Source of the DNA: Cycas panzhihuaensis | Taxonomy: Eukaryota > Plantae > Cycadophyta | Reading direction: 5' to 3' | Length of the DNA: 64,000 nt | NCBI GenBank assembly: GCA_023213395.1 | Contig: CM041465.1 | Span: 180,241,741 to 180,305,740 of the forward strand | Part shown: in pieces, positions 28,520 to 44,099 of the stretch | Position numbering within the stretch: position 1 is the stretch's first letter | How the letters are laid out: each line of letters opens with the position of its first letter | Position numbers and translations under genes: made by a program | The notes under the pieces: model-generated | Database searches by the model: none | Told to the model about the DNA's origin: nothing | Seen by the model: the letters and a program-made list of their open reading frames with translations, nothing else

Positions 28520-31500
28520 TATTAGGATGTAATATTAAATTTATATGTTAATTATCCCTCATGTTTAATAAGGGATACACATCTTTAAGGCACTCTTAAT
28601 AGGTAGGCTACATTAAAAGACATGATATTGGTTCGTAAGTTGTTATAAAGGCTCACTATTATGATTGACCCACAAAGAGGTCATTGTTACAATATACATA
28701 CTTATTATTAATGTAAACCCCTTGAGGGATATATATTCTTTCACCAATTCTATTTGTATATTTTCATAATACATGGTTATTTGAGCTATTTATTTATACT
28801 TTATACATGGTTTAGTCTTTTATTTTCTAATATGTGGTATCAAATCCATAAGGTTTGATATGTAGTAAGCATATATGTTTAGAGTTTTTAAATTTATATT
28901 ATTAGTTTGAAGCTTATTTTACAAACACATATTATTATTATACATATTGGTATATTGATGGGTGTGATGAGCATTCAGTTATGGGGAAGTCTTGGAGGCA
29001 AAGCCATAATGACACTTGTGAACACCTAGATGCGTGAAAGATTTAGATCCCTATTACATAAAAAGTAAAGATTGTTAACTATTGTGAAGGTGATCAATTA
29101 GTGAAGATGGTGGAGACATCCCTGTTTGACTGCTAAATTTTGTCAACACAGAAAAATGTTGAGCAAGGATGTTGCATAATAAAGGATGAGTTCTTAGCGA
29201 TTTAAGGTGCACCAAATCTCAAGAACCTTGTGAGTAAAAGGTTGTTGTTATGTATAGGGGTCCCATTCGTTTGTTGAAATAGCTATTAGTATGTGCGGAG
29301 GAGAGTCCATCTTTTGGGGTTATTGGGCAATGATAGATATGGTGCACCCAATTTTAATTAATAAAATTCCTTCTATTTCTAATCTAGAGAAAAGTATAGA
29401 GGCATGAAGATGAATGACTAAGGTTGCACATAGTTGGTCTATTTGTGTAGATTGCTTTATAGTAGAACTAAGTTATTGGGCACTAGAATTTTTTATCTAC
29501 TTGCTTGTTGCATTATGCACACCATTGTTGGGTACTTATTTAAGGTTTGATGGCCTTGTTAGGAAGATAGATGGATTAAAAGTCTATTGGGTGCCTCCCA
29601 ATAACTTTTTTGGAATGTTTAGATGAGTTCCAAGCATGGTGAGAGCTTTGTTTATGGCCCATCTACGTGTTGTAGTAGTCGTAGGGCATGGCAGTATGTT
29701 AGGCAACTCTAGAGGCTTGTTGGGTGCTTATTGTGATTATTGAAAGTTGTTACTAGTAAATACAAAAGTGTTGATTTATTTTTCAATTATAGATCTTCAT
29801 TTTGCATGCTTTCTAAATGATCAAATCAATCAAAGTTAATTAAAACCATTGTTGGATGCTCCACAATGTCCACATAGGCACACATGATAAATTTTTTCAA
29901 AGGATATGTTGATTTTTAATGTTATAATATTTTATAAGATTATATTAATATATTAAACATTCTTAAAAGTTGTGTGAAGTTCACAAGCCCTCTGGATTGG
30001 TCACATGGTTCTTTGATGTGACCAGACATGTTTTTGAAGGGGGGGCCTAATTGCCTCTTTTTATTTCTTCATGACCTATTAGCAATGTCTCCTTCATAAC
30101 TTTTCAATGTAGTGTCATATTGAGGTGTCATACATTTTGTTGAATCTATTGCTTTGATGTAGTTAAAATGAGTGGTTGTATGACCTATTTTAAGACTTTA
30201 TGCTTTTATGGTGAAGCATTTCAAAAGGTTCTTTTAGGTGAAATCTACATATAATTGACATAGTTTTGATAAAAACTATCAATTAGGCATGGTCAATGTA
30301 TTGAAATTTGTTACGTTATAGTGGAGGTGTGCTTTGAATAGCCTATGTTCTTTACTTAGTTTAGAGCTAAAAATGAACATGTACAAGGAAAGCACACTTT
30401 AGTAGAGAAGTTGATGAAACATGTATTCAAAGAGCATCCTAGAGCACTATAAGGTACAACGATTAATTACCCATGTGCACTAGTAGATGGTTGTCTCTTA
30501 ACATAGATGTCGAATGACATGAATTAAATCTTATGGGGGAGATTGTTTTGATATAATATTAAATTCATGTGTTAACTATCTCTCATGTTGACTAAGGGAT
30601 GTACATCTTTGAGGCAGTCTTAATAAGTGGGCTACATTAAGAGTCATATTATTGGTTCATAGGTTATTATGGAGGCTCACTATTATGATTGGCTTACAAA
30701 GAGGTCATTGTTATTATATATATACTTATCATTAATGCAAACCCTTTAAGGGATGTATATTTTCCCACCAATTATGTTCATATAGTTGCATATTACATGG
30801 TTATTTGATCTCTTTGTTTATGCTTTATACATGGTTTAGTCTTTTATTTTCTAGCATGTGGTATTAGAGCCATAAGGTTTGATGTGTAAGGAGCATATAT
30901 ATTTAGTGTTTTTAAAATTATGTTATTAGTTTAAAACTTGTTTTGTAGACATGTGCCATTATTATGCCTAGTGGCATATTGTTGAATGTTATGAAAATTC
31001 GGTTCTAGGAAGCCACAGTCAAAGCCATTATGATACATATGGACACCTAGGTACATGCAAGATTTAGACCCTATTACATGAGAAGTAAAGATTATTGGTG
31101 GCTATGAAGGTGAGCAGTTAGTGAAGATAGTAGAAACATCCTTGTTTAATTTGACAATATGGGAGGATATTAAGAAAGGATATTGCATAATAAAGGATGA
31201 GTTCTTAGAGATTTGAGATGCATTAAATATCAAGAACCCTGCCAGTAAAACATTGTTGCTAATGTATATTGCCTTGTTCATTTGTTGAAGTAGTTGTTAG
31301 TCCATGCATAAGAGAGTCCACATTTTGGGATTGTTGGGCAGTGATAGATATGGTGCACTAGAGTTTGATGAAAATCCTTCTATTTCTAATTTGGAGTAGA
31401 ATATGAGGGTGTGAATATAAATGAATGAGGTTGCACATGGTTAGGCTATTTGTGTGGACCACTTTATGGCATATCTAAGTTGTTGGCCATTATTAGGCAC

Positions 31501-32984
31501 TAGATTTTTTTATTTACTTGCCTATTACATTATGCACACTATTATTGGATGCTTGCTTGAGGTTTTGATGGCCTTGTTGAGAAGATAAATAGATTAAAAT
31601 TCTATTGGGTGCCTCCCAACAAGTGTAAATCATTTTCTAGTGTGTTTAAATGAGTTGTAGGCATGATGAGCAGCTTTATTTATGGCACATCTATATGTTG
31701 GAGCAATCGTAGGGCATGGCAAGCCATTGGGTGACTTTGAAGACTTGTTGGGAAATTATTGTGATCATTGAAAGTTATTACCAATAACAAGTGTTGTTCA
31801 ATTTTTAATTGTAGATATTTATTTTTATACCTTTTAAATGATCAAAATTATCATTGGATGAGCAATAATACTCACATAAGCGTGCAATAATTTTATTCAA
31901 AGGATATGTTGATTTTTTATGTTATAATATTTTATAACATTGTATTAAGATATTAAAACATTTTTAAAAGTTGTTTGATGTTCACAAGCCCTGAGGAATC
32001 ACATGATGTTTTGATATAACCAAACATGTTTTTAAAATGTAGGCTAATCTTAATTTTTGCCTTTTTCTTTTTTTTTATGACCTACTAGCAATGTTTCCTC
32101 CGCAACTTTCCATTGGGGTGTTGAATTGAGGTGTCATTTATTTTGTTGGATTCCTTACTTCAATGGGGTTTAAATGAGTAGTTTCGACATATTTTAAGCT
32201 TTCCAAGAAAGAAATTTTAATCAAAAATCTTAATTCTTTCATTGTGAAACATTTAAAAAGGGTTTTTTTAAGGTGAAATTTCAGGTATGGTTCAATCTGC
32301 ACATGCTTAATATAGTTTTGATAAAAACCTATGAGTTGTGCATGGTTAATGTATTAAAATTTGTCACATTATAGTGCAAGTGTGCTTCAAATGGACTAGG
32401 TGATAGGTTCATATTCTTATGGCTAGAATAGTTATTTACAGGTCTTATGAATGGGTTGTTATTGAGTATCCCATGTTCTTTACCCCATTTAGAATCAAGA
32501 TGAGCATGTACAAGGAAAACACACTTTAGTGGAGACATTGATAAACCATATATTCAAAGAGCATCCTAAAGCACTAGCAAGTACAATAACTAGTTACCTA
32601 GGTGCACTGGTAGATGGTTGTCTCTTCATATGGATGTTAGCTTTGAAATGAATTAAATCTTATAAGAGAGATTGTTAAGATACAATATTAAATATATATG
32701 TTAACTATCCCTCATATTGGCCAAGGGATACACATCTTTGAGGCACTCTTTACAGGTGGGCTATATTAAGAGTTGTGCTATTGGTTCATAAGTTGTTATG
32801 GAGGCTCACTAGTATGGTTGGACTACAAGGAGGTCATTGTTACTATATATGCACTTATCATTATTACAAATTCCTTGAGGATGTATATTCTTCCACCAAT
32901 TCTATTTGCATACTTTCATAGTACATGGTCATTTGATCTCTTTATTTATGCTTTATGCATGGTTTAGTCTTGTATTTTCTAATA
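28520..32984 (+). mobile_element. Tandem non-autonomous LTR element (LTR-int-LTR-int-LTR; TRIM/LARD-like)
   Basis: Three ~313 bp LTRs at 28520-28832, 30544-30856 and 32673-32984. PBS-Met after LTR1 (28835) and LTR2 (30859); PPT before LTR2 and LTR3. Internals of 1.7-1.8 kb are homologous and non-coding. Single TSD ATCCC/ATCCT. Confidence 0.92.
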
Positions 32985-33589
32985 ATCCTTAGTGCTTTCC
33001 CTAGTGTGGACCTTCCTCTAGTAGGTTTATTTTAAGTTTCTCTTCTTCTTAATATGTCACTTCATAAAAAATAATTAAAAATATATATATTATAAAATTA
33101 GAAACCAATCTTGGCTCTAAGATTGTTGGAAAATAATGTTCTGAGTAACTATGCTCGATACCAAATATTGGAAAATATAAACTAGCGGGAGAAACAGGCG
33201 TAACATATATCAAATAACTGTAAACCAGTATTGCATCAATACATCAATGTGTCACAATCACAATAGCATAAAGAACATGAAAGCCTTGTTGTTCAATCCA
33301 TTATAGCAATAATGAGCATTACAAATCTCCTCAAAGGTAGGCGGTGTCTAAAGACACCAGGGTTGTACACCCCATAATATAAATAGTTTTGGGGGAGGAG
33401 GGAAACTCCTCAACCCCTGAATTCAAAATAACAATAAAATAATATTCACTTAACACAAATAAAATTAACTCAACTTACCTTAACTTACCTTGACATGTTG
33501 AGTATCACATGTCTAAATTGAGGTGCACAATCACAGTAGGTAAGAGGGAGTTGAGTGATGACATTACACTCCAACATTCTCCCCTTAAT

Positions 33590-34317
33590 GTCGGTCACGA
33601 ACACTTGTATCTTTTCCTTGAACTTATGGAGCAGTACTTGAAAAAACTTTGAAATTCGATCTTGTTCTTTATCAACTTTTCCCACCCTTATAGTCACATA
33701 TATCTCTTTATCATAGAATGATGTAGGAAAAATACAAGTAGATGGAACTTGATGCAAATGTAGATGAATAAAGTAATTTGGACTTTGTCGATTGGAACAT
33801 TAAGAAGGCTTTGAACTTGAACTTTTGTAATCTTTATGCTTTGAACACTGTCATATCATCAGGTTCATTCTTTGTCATATCATCAAATTCCTTCTTCGTT
33901 ATGTCATAAGATTCATCTTCATGCTCCCCCTCAAATGGAGGATCAAATCCTTGTTCAACAAGGTGGTCCCATTTGATCTAAATCCTCATGGTTGTTGTCG
34001 TCATGATCTATCCGTTACATTACTGCCTCATATGCTCATCAAAAATTTCATCAAATACATTGGGGATATCTCCCCATAAATGGAAATCAATAACCCCAAA
34101 CAGACTTAGAAGTTGTTAATTGAAACTAGTGAAAAGACATCATCAACATAGTGCAAAATAATAAACCTAACACTTCATTATCTTTTCTAAAGTTGCCTTT
34201 AATACTAAGGTCACATTCATATTGTAAATACTTTAAAAGATCATGTTCAATAAAGTAAGTTTGCATGGTGTCATACCATAGTGAAAAGTTATGGCCATAA
34301 AAAATGGGGTGTGCCAT
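33590..34317 (-). pseudogene. Truncated Copia gag (N-terminal) running toward the PPT; no PR/INT/RT
   Basis: MAHPIFYGHNFSLWYDTMQTYFIEHDLL fits the Copia gag N-terminal F-x-G-x-N-F/Y-x-x-W pattern. After a frameshift it reads TTSKSVWGLLISIYG, then an acidic stretch. Confidence 0.75.
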
Positions 34318-36809
34318 TTTGAAAGTAATGTGATCAATAAGAAAATAATGATGCGTTTGAAAACAAACTTAAAAATCTTTTTCACTTATGCAAAACAAAA
34401 ATAAACTCTTGAGAATAAAATATAAAGAGTTTTCTAAAATACTAGTTTCTCAAATGAGTAAATGTAAATCTTTAATGTAAAAAAACTTTCCCTTTTTGTA
34501 TAAAAATAACTTTTTTTTGAGAAAAATATATATATGGTCTTATGAGTAAATGCTAGTTTAGAAACAACTTAAAATGCTTGTAGAAAGATCAAGCAGAAAC
34601 CTTGAGTTAAACAATGAGATATAAACTAGAATTTCTTTAAAAATTTTAAAAAAAGATAAGCTTATTAGGATGTACTTGTATACTCAACTTTAACAGCTTG
34701 AAAACTATACTGAATAATGTCAGAATAACTTAAAATTCTACTAATGTGTAGATTAATAAGGTGTGAGGCCAATGAAACTAACAGCTTTAAAAACAGTCTG
34801 AATAAATCATGATTTGAATGATGCAAAGGTATAGACCTCCTTATGGGGCCCAACAGGAGCAGGGTAGACAAAAATTACATAAAATTACTAATTAACCTTT
34901 AGAAAAAGTTAAACAAATGATCAAATATTGTTTATGAAGTAATCAATATTCTTTCAATTGAAAATTTTTGAAAAATATATAAAAAGAGGTGTAAAAAATA
35001 GTAGATTTAGGGCAATAAGGTACCTCAACTTTGACTGATTTGAAATTTAGGAAGATAATGTCAAAATATATTAAAAAATATGTCAAAATGAAGAGAAATG
35101 AGTCAGCTTCCCAACGGTGTGATTAATTGAAATCGATAAAAATGAGAAAGTTATAGTGAAAAATGTAACAGGTATTTTTATGGAAAATGTTAGGAAGCAG
35201 TGAAAAATAACTAAATTCCTTATTTCAGTGATTAAAAAAATAATGAAGGTGAACTCAAAAAATTGAAGTAAAAAGTGGGTATTAAAGTCTATACAACGTA
35301 GATCGATATGGGGAAATTTGGGCCCAAAAGTTTACCAAGAATAAATGACAAATTGCTCTAAAAATAATTTTGTTAATAGTGTAAAAAATGTTGAAATTTT
35401 AAAAGTCTAATGTTAAAAATGGTCGAAACATGGTCAAATCAGCACCAAATTGGTCATATGACCAATCGAAATTGGAGTACAGAAAATTTCTAATCTATTG
35501 GAGTAGGTTTCGTCTGAAACCGATAAACAAGTGAGAAGTTATAGCAACAAAAGCGTCAATAACTCTATAAAAATTTAAAAATTTAAAAAAAATAAAATGA
35601 AAAAGCGTTTAAAAACTTTTTGGAAGTGGCTAGCAGTCACGTGATGACTAAATGAGACCAGGGGCTGAGAGCTTAAACCTTTAATACTGGATTTGAAAAA
35701 ATATACAATAAATTTTTATTTCTTTTAACTTTATATTATTAAAACTATATAAAAAACTGAAGTCATTACGTTGCTATGTAATATGCATTCTTTGTATAAT
35801 AAATAAAAATAATGAACTGCAATATGCGTTGCGTTCGGCTACACACACATATATATAAAATTTGCACGAGCAAGGCGAATCTTGAGCAATGAGGAAAGCT
35901 CGCTTATCAAAGCGTTGAACTACAACGCGATTATCAGCGCTAAAAGCGATTATTAATGTTGCCATGGGCAAAAATAACCAAGATTAGAAATTTTTACATG
36001 GTGAAAATGATATGTGACTTGTGTAGCACACGTGACTCTCTCTCATAAATGAAGTACAATATGATCATAATGGGTTCTTCAAGAGCTAAAAAGAAGTCCA
36101 TAGTACATGTCATCCCCCATTCGGTACATTACATCAAGAAAACCTTGAAAATACAATATGTACCAAGAACCGAGAAAAATGAAGATAAATAGGAACTTGT
36201 AACTTTGAACTTAAACATCCGTATGAAAACAGCTCCAAAATGTGTCAAATGAAATCTCTCTCTGTTACGGATCCAACGCAATGAAGCAGGCGAAATCGGA
36301 CCTCACAATCTCAAGATACAGAAAAAGGTGATGTACTCTTTAGTAATCTTGAAAAAAGATGAAATAGGGTTAGCCCCTTCATAAGCTCGCATGACGTATT
36401 AAGCCTCCATATGACCGGGGCTAAAAGATGAGGTATTTGGATAGATCCGAAATAGTTATCCAATATAATTTCATCAATATTTTTAAATCAAACAAAGTTT
36501 AACCCCTTTTAATAATAAATCGCATCTGCCAAAATATCCCGAAAAAAAGGGTGATAATATAATTTTCTAAAATGTATTAACCCTAATTAAGGTTCCGCCA
36601 AAAATGATTGTGCCACCGCCGCCATGGATCACTTTGCAGGTTCGTCGCCATGGACGAAGTCGATCTGCCCAAAAATCGTAGCGTCTCTTGAACACAGACC
36701 GCATTACGTTGTGAGCAAGTAGAGAGCGCCAGTTATTCAACGAAGCTCGCTGCAAAGAAACTTGAACAGAGACAGCTCCTCTCGCAGAGATGGAAACTGT
36801 GGGTTGCGT

Positions 36810-36985
<176 letters not shown>

Positions 36986-39900
36986 TGAGGACCTGAGATG
37001 GAATCCACATGCTTGACAGATGCCAAGGAAGCCAAGACGAACACCACATAGTGAGAAACACCACAACAATACGCTCGCTCCACCAATGAGGAGAAGAAGT
37101 GGTTGCCAAAAAAGCAAGACAACCCCCCCCTCCCTTTTTTGATACATAGAAATATAGATCAATGGCTTTGTGGACTCCCTTCTTTTTCTTTTTTTTTTTT
37201 TTTTCAAATATATATAAATAGAGGCCAAATTGTAAAGGCCATACATATAATTTTTTTGACTTTTCAATACAGAAAGCCACAAAAAAGTATATATCAATGA
37301 AATAGGACATGACCTTTATCCACAGAGATCTACAAAAAAATTTTGAAAAATGGAGTCACTTCTGGCCAAGAAGGACTCTCTCAATTGCTGTTAACGATCA
37401 TGGTTGCATTATTGTCCACTGACATGCAACGGAGATGGTCTTCCAGTAATTGGAATGTGAACATGAACTTTCGTGGACTTTCACCTGCATGCAAATTTAT
37501 TGTGGTACCACATGTAGAGAAAATGTCCACTGAGCAGTATTAACAGGCTTCAAACAGCCACAAAACTTCAAAACAGGCTTGAAAACAGCCTCTCCTCATC
37601 ATCAAAATAACCCTTCAAAACTTGATATCAGTCCCATAACAAAATATGCATCAGATATAACTTGAAATGATCTTCAACTTGACAAAGTCATGAAACAGGT
37701 ACATCAAAAAATTTACAAGGCTTGAAAGCTCAAAAACAAGAATGACATGTACTAGGATTTGCAAGAAAGGCCTCCAAGGGTTGAACCTTGGGCTCTGATA
37801 CCATGTTAGGATTAGTAATGTAACAAGCATATCAAACCCTAATGGTGAGCAACAAAAGATGAAGTATGCATGAATAGACACCATGTTGGAGAATTGGTCA
37901 AAACTCAATTATGAACAAATAAGAGTACATACTTATAGTACAACCTCACCACTAGAGAGAGAACCCCATTGGACTACTTAGAGGTGGCACACATATCAAG
38001 GTGGCCCACTCTAATACAATATACAAAGATAGAGAGAGTTTATATAGGGCTAATGGAATTCAGTATTACATCCAACAAAGATAAGTCCAAACGACTCTTA
38101 CTTTTAAGTAATAATTACTAAAGAGGTTAAATTATAGTGATCACCTATGGCTTCCAAGCCTACACCTTTGGATTTTGAGGCAATCCCTCTTATACCCAAG
38201 GCAATACTAGCTCTAAGATAAGCTTAAACAACTCCTCCTCCAAAGGGTACTTGTTAATGATATTAAACTAGGATGACAATCCTTGGCTTCTAATTCTAAA
38301 ACCCTTAGCTTTCAAGTCCAATTCCTTTAGCCATTGAGGCAAGCCCTCAAGTGCCTAAGATCACTTTGAAAATAGTCACTAATAAGGATAAACTATATTG
38401 ACACTTTTGTGCTTGTCTAGGTCTCATCATGGTTTCTAAGCTCATCGTGAAATTTTGACTTTAGAGCTTGTCTAAGTCTCATCATGGTTTATAATCTCAT
38501 CATAAAATTTTGACTTTAGAGCTTATCTTTGCCCTATTTAGCACACCTCTAAATCTATTGCCAATGAAGATAAACTAGTAAAACAATCCATGAACACTTA
38601 CTAAGGAGGCTAAACTATAGTAGACTACCTTCCCTTATCATTTTAATAGTTGCACAAATAGTCTATACAGGGTATTATTGGCAGCATTCACCATTTTGCA
38701 CCACAAGTCTAAAGAGGTTCTATCACAAAGAGGGTAAGTGTTTCTTGTAAATTGAGAAGTCCATATTCATCCCAACATAGATAAGTGAAGGTATGTCCTT
38801 CCTGTTTCTTATTTTAATTTAGTTATTAGCTTTCATAAATATATTTGATAATGTTTATCTATTGTCTTAGTGAATGGGGGTATGTATATATGTATTCAGT
38901 CGATGATGAGTCTAATCATGATCAATGGAAAAATAAGTTATCCACCTGAGCTTAATAGATTATAAAATGACTTTTATATACCTCTTCAAATTCTTTCAAC
39001 CTTACTTCTACCCCTATTTGCAATGATTCTCTACTTATCTTGTTATGTTGGATGCCTTTTCTATCACAACCTTCCTTTTCTACTTGTTTTTCCTCATCCC
39101 ATGAAGATTTCTATATGTTATAGATTCTTTATCATAGAGTACATGTGTTTTAGATCTTGGGGAGCTAGTGGACATGTTTTTATCCTTAGAAAGATGGTTG
39201 TAATTATATAAGTGGTAAAATAGTTATTAAGAAATTTTGTATATATGGTATTAAAGTTATACTTTACTAGTAGTCATCTTCTTTCATGGTTGTCAAGGTC
39301 CTAAGCAAAGTGAGTTCTTATTTTAAAAGTTATTACTGTTGAGAGGTATTTAATCATATTTAGTGAGTATTATAAACTTAAAGCTATAGAATTTTAAATC
39401 CCCTAATAAATTGAAGTTTCATGTTTGAAGTTTATGATCAACCAATGGCAAGGGCTAATTGTGATATTGATTCATATGCAAGTTAAAGATTGTGGTAGAG
39501 TTTGAACTTCTTATTTAAGATGTGATATATACCAAACTAAAATAAAGAGCTATTAGTAAGAACTTGTTATGATTGGACAAGAAGAAGGATGTGAAAAGAT
39601 AAATTTATATAGGGTAGTTATACAAACACCATCCAAGCTCAAGAATAATGATAAGGACTCATACTATTCAAGTAGAAGGATGGAAGAACATTAGCATTCT
39701 AAGATGGTTTTTTATCTCAATTAAAACTTAAAAGAATTTAACATGGAATTTGGTGCTTGTGAATATTTTCCATTCTGATTTGACTAAAGGCCTCATATCC
39801 TAATTACTACTAAAGAGAAAGAGAAGACATCACTAGCATGAAATCATTTTAGAATGTCTTTAATAGAGCATGGACTAAAACATAAATTACAAGTAAAGAC

Positions 39901-40443
39901 ATAGGCCATTTATATTGTAAATATGAAGGCTTTACCTTTAATAACAAGCCATTTACTTACATACAATCTATGACTTTTTGTTTAGTAGTGGTCCATATTT
40001 AAACAAACTTAATTTTGACATATGATATTTTAATTAAACTTACCTAATCTTTACATAATATTTCAATTATTAGATTGTATATTATTAGATTTAAAATGGC
40101 ATCGTTGCATTAAACAAGTATCCACTTCAATTTTTAAAATTGTTTCCTTGAAAGAGTAAAAATAAGGGATTTGAATTATGTGAAAGTTACATTTGGCTCT
40201 TAATTTTAATTAACACTTAGAAAATATAGGGTTATTGAGTTTATAACCCTAGTTAACAGGGTTCGAGAATCTAGTTTTGATGTGAACTGGGTGCATAACT
40301 TCAATTTTGAGTTTGGTCAAACCCCAAATTACATCCTTTTTTGTCTATTTCTAACCATTTTAGGACTATTTCTAGGTCATTTATGGTCATTTTAAAGATA
40401 TTTCAAGGTTGTTTTTAGTTGTTTTTGGGTAGTTTTAGGTTTT

Positions 40444-40477
<34 letters not shown>

Positions 40478-43400
40478 AGCATATATCTTACTACTGTTAT
40501 ATACATATATACAAAAAAATACTTCTATTTTTATTTATAGAGATGTTTAATGTATTATTGTGTATGTGTTTAATGACTATTTGCAATGTTTATAATTTGT
40601 TTTCTTTTAATTAAAAAAAAAAAAAAAGATAAATCCAAACCTAAACTTGTGAATCCAATTTTCAAAGGAAGGAACCAGATTTTTTAGAACTCAAAACTTG
40701 CAAACCCCAAACCCAACAACCTTGGGAAAAAGATTTTTCATTACATACTCAACAACATAAATGTACTTGATTAATTGTCTTTAAGTTTTCAGTTTACTTC
40801 CACTATATAAAAAACACTTGATTTACATAAAATGTGATAAAATTATAGCAGGCTTAGTAAATTTATGAAAAGTTAATAAATCTTTCCCTTGATTTGAAAG
40901 CATTAATAATCAATGCTAGTAGATTGGATCCAACCTAAGATCAAGATTAGTAATCTATGTTGTAGAATGCACATAGATGTGTATATAACAAGTCTTAATA
41001 TAAGCAAAATTATTTATTATAATTATTTGATAGTCAGAGCTAGATAGCATTTATCATCCTGATAATCTATCCCATGGTAAATTACTCAACAAATAATTCA
41101 AGAGATCATAAGATGATGGTAATCAGGAAGCCATATAATTGGTTGCTTATAAATTATATTTTCTTTATATTTTGTTACTATAATTTGAAATACTTTCCCT
41201 TATTTTATTTTGGCAAAGAGATGTTGGCTGAGAGTTGTCATTACTTTGGAATAAAGTAAAGTGTCACAACTCTCATTATAAGGGTTGTTATAATACCATA
41301 ATGTCACCATCCTCTTGTTTTACATGAGGACCCTAACACAACAATATAACAATAATCTCCAAGTATCACCATCCTCTTGTTTTACATGAAGGAAGCTCTA
41401 ATACAACAATGTAATAACGCTCTCCAAGAGCACTTAAGCTTAAAAGACATATGCAATAAAATTATTGATCAACAAGCAACACATTGTGCCAATAATCTAC
41501 ATAATTATTAATATACATGTGCATTCTATATGATGCCATTATGCAATGGAACATGCTTACAATACTAATATAAATATTTAGACATGCAACAACATCACAA
41601 TATGCAATATCTCATAAAATAAATGACTATTCAAAAATTAGATTAACATCACTTAGTTTTATAAAAGTATCCACATAAATTCAAAGCGCGAGAACCTTTT
41701 TTTTTTTGAGAAAAAACTAGATAGCTCAAAGATATTCACCACCTAGCCAACTAGAAACCTATCACAAAAAATTGATACCAAACTAAGACATGTGACATGA
41801 ATACAAGAGTACTATTTTTTGAATACAAGCTTTTACAACTCCTTCCTAAACCACTAGAATAATAGAATAATACCTTAATGGTCATTGTGACAATAATAAA
41901 TAACCCAAACTAATTATGTGGCTCAGTAATAACAACTCTATGATTAAATATTACACCTCACATATATGTAACATAAAACATCCATATACATGAGGCTATC
42001 TACAATGGAGCCAATACCATCTTGTGGCACCTTACCATATCAATATATTAAGCCCAACCAATGGTTTCACACTATAAATTACATCACACCATGTCAAAAC
42101 TATGTCCACAAATAAGTTGTGGTAGTCATAACTCCTTAGCATCACACTAAGACCTTTAGCATCATACCAAAATTAAAACATCACACTCACATATACATTG
42201 TGACACTTCGCTATCACACCAAAGTTAAACAATCACACCCATAACACAATGAAAATCACCATATAAAGTATCATACTATAATAGTAGTCTCATACACTAC
42301 CACAATAAAAAACATTATGGAATGCTAGTAATCAAATTATAAAAGGGACTTTGTAGAATAAGCGATTATTTAGAAACTAAAGACAAGAAGACTACCCTAT
42401 ATGCAAGGGTATTCTTATCATATATGAGTTGCCAAAAGATCCCAAAATCTAGAAATATGGAATGTTGAAAATCCAAAAGCTAAAATGGCAAGAAACTTAA
42501 AGGTGGTGAAAAATAAAAGATACTCAAATTATACACCCCTCTTAATTATAGTACAAGTTAATTGCCTCATGAGATTAGCTACCTTTTTCCACAACTGCCT
42601 TTAATTAATGTAATTTAGAAGGGAATTAGAATAAATCCTTGATTCTAATCATGCTCTAAAAAGGATTAAACATATATATAAATGTGGATTCAATTTTCTC
42701 CACCAACCCTCATTAATAGCCAATCAACTTATTATAAGGAAATTAAATACTAGTCAAAACTTGAAATCTTGCCCCCTAAAATTAGGACATCACACTCACA
42801 TATATGCTATAACATGTCACTTCATAACTCCCTAGTGATCACACCAAGGTGTTATAATATTACACCAAAGTTAAGCAATCACACTTACAACACAATTAAA
42901 ATCACCACATAAAGTATCATACTATAATAGTAGTTTCATATATTACCACAATAGAATCATCGTAAGATGGTAGTGATTAAATTACAAAAAGAGCCTTTGT
43001 GGAATAAGGAGTGCTCTTTCTAAATCTAAAGATAAGAAGACTATCTGCATGCAAAATAGTTGAAAAGCTAAAAAGATAGAATGTTAGAAAACCAAAAGCT
43101 AAATTGCTAATAAAGTCAAAGGTGGTAAAAAAATACTCAATTTATGTACTCCTCTTAATTTCTAATGAAAACTAATTACCTAATGTGATTAGCTACCTTT
43201 TGTAATAACCACCTTTGATTAATGCAACTTAGAAGGGAATTAAAATAAATCCCTAATTCCAATTATGCTTTAGAAAAGATTAAACACATATGTAAGCGTG
43301 GGTTCAATATACTCCGCTAACCCTCGTTAATAAATAGGTTGACTCGTTAAAAAGGAATTAGACACGAGTTAAAACTTAAAACCTCTACCCTTAAAAATTC

Positions 43401-44099
43401 CTCCTTTGTTCATCTTATGTGTCCCCTTCATAGTTGATTATTAATGGGCTTCTTATTGACATCATTTATAATGCATTTCAAAGACTTGACCCCTCGTGAT
43501 GATCATATATACATAGGCTTTATACCTCTAGTGTTATGAAATATTACACTTCAAATATGAAAATGTATAGAAATACATCCTTCACACCTAATAAGCTATT
43601 TCAATATTGAAGAAATTTCTTAAAGATCATACTATAGAGTATAATGTTGTAATAAATGCCCCTTAATGTTATGAAAGGGGATGATTTCATTATATCGTAA
43701 GATTAAATGCATGAAACCAAGATGTACAATAAAAAATACAACAAGTATGTATACCAAGTAGAATGTTACATAAAAGCTAAACCTAAAAGAAATGTTTGGT
43801 AATTACGACATCATTGTGTGTAAGTTATCAAATATGTTAGAAGAATTAGTAGTGCTAGACATAAAACAATGGTTGAATGGTTAGTGACTGTGTTAAACAA
43901 ACTTATAAGTATTGTTCATTAATAATCAAATAACTAGTAACCCATTCGAATGTTCTACGAATGAACGAATCTTCTTTTTAGAAACGAAAAAGAATCCGAC
44001 AATTTTAAAGTTAAATGTAATATAAATTATCATGAACTTTGTGCGTTGTAGTAATACCTCTCCGAATTCACAAGCCAACTTCAATAATTCAATAATAAA

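Noticed and set aside
28520-28832. Cassandra-type 5S rRNA domain in the tandem element LTRs
   Set aside because: No 5S A-box or C-box similarity visible.
38800-40160. Possible further Copia remnant (PBS-like TGGTATTAAAG at ~39246, faint gag-like reading ~39430)
   Set aside because: Too degenerate; no LTR pair or TSD found.
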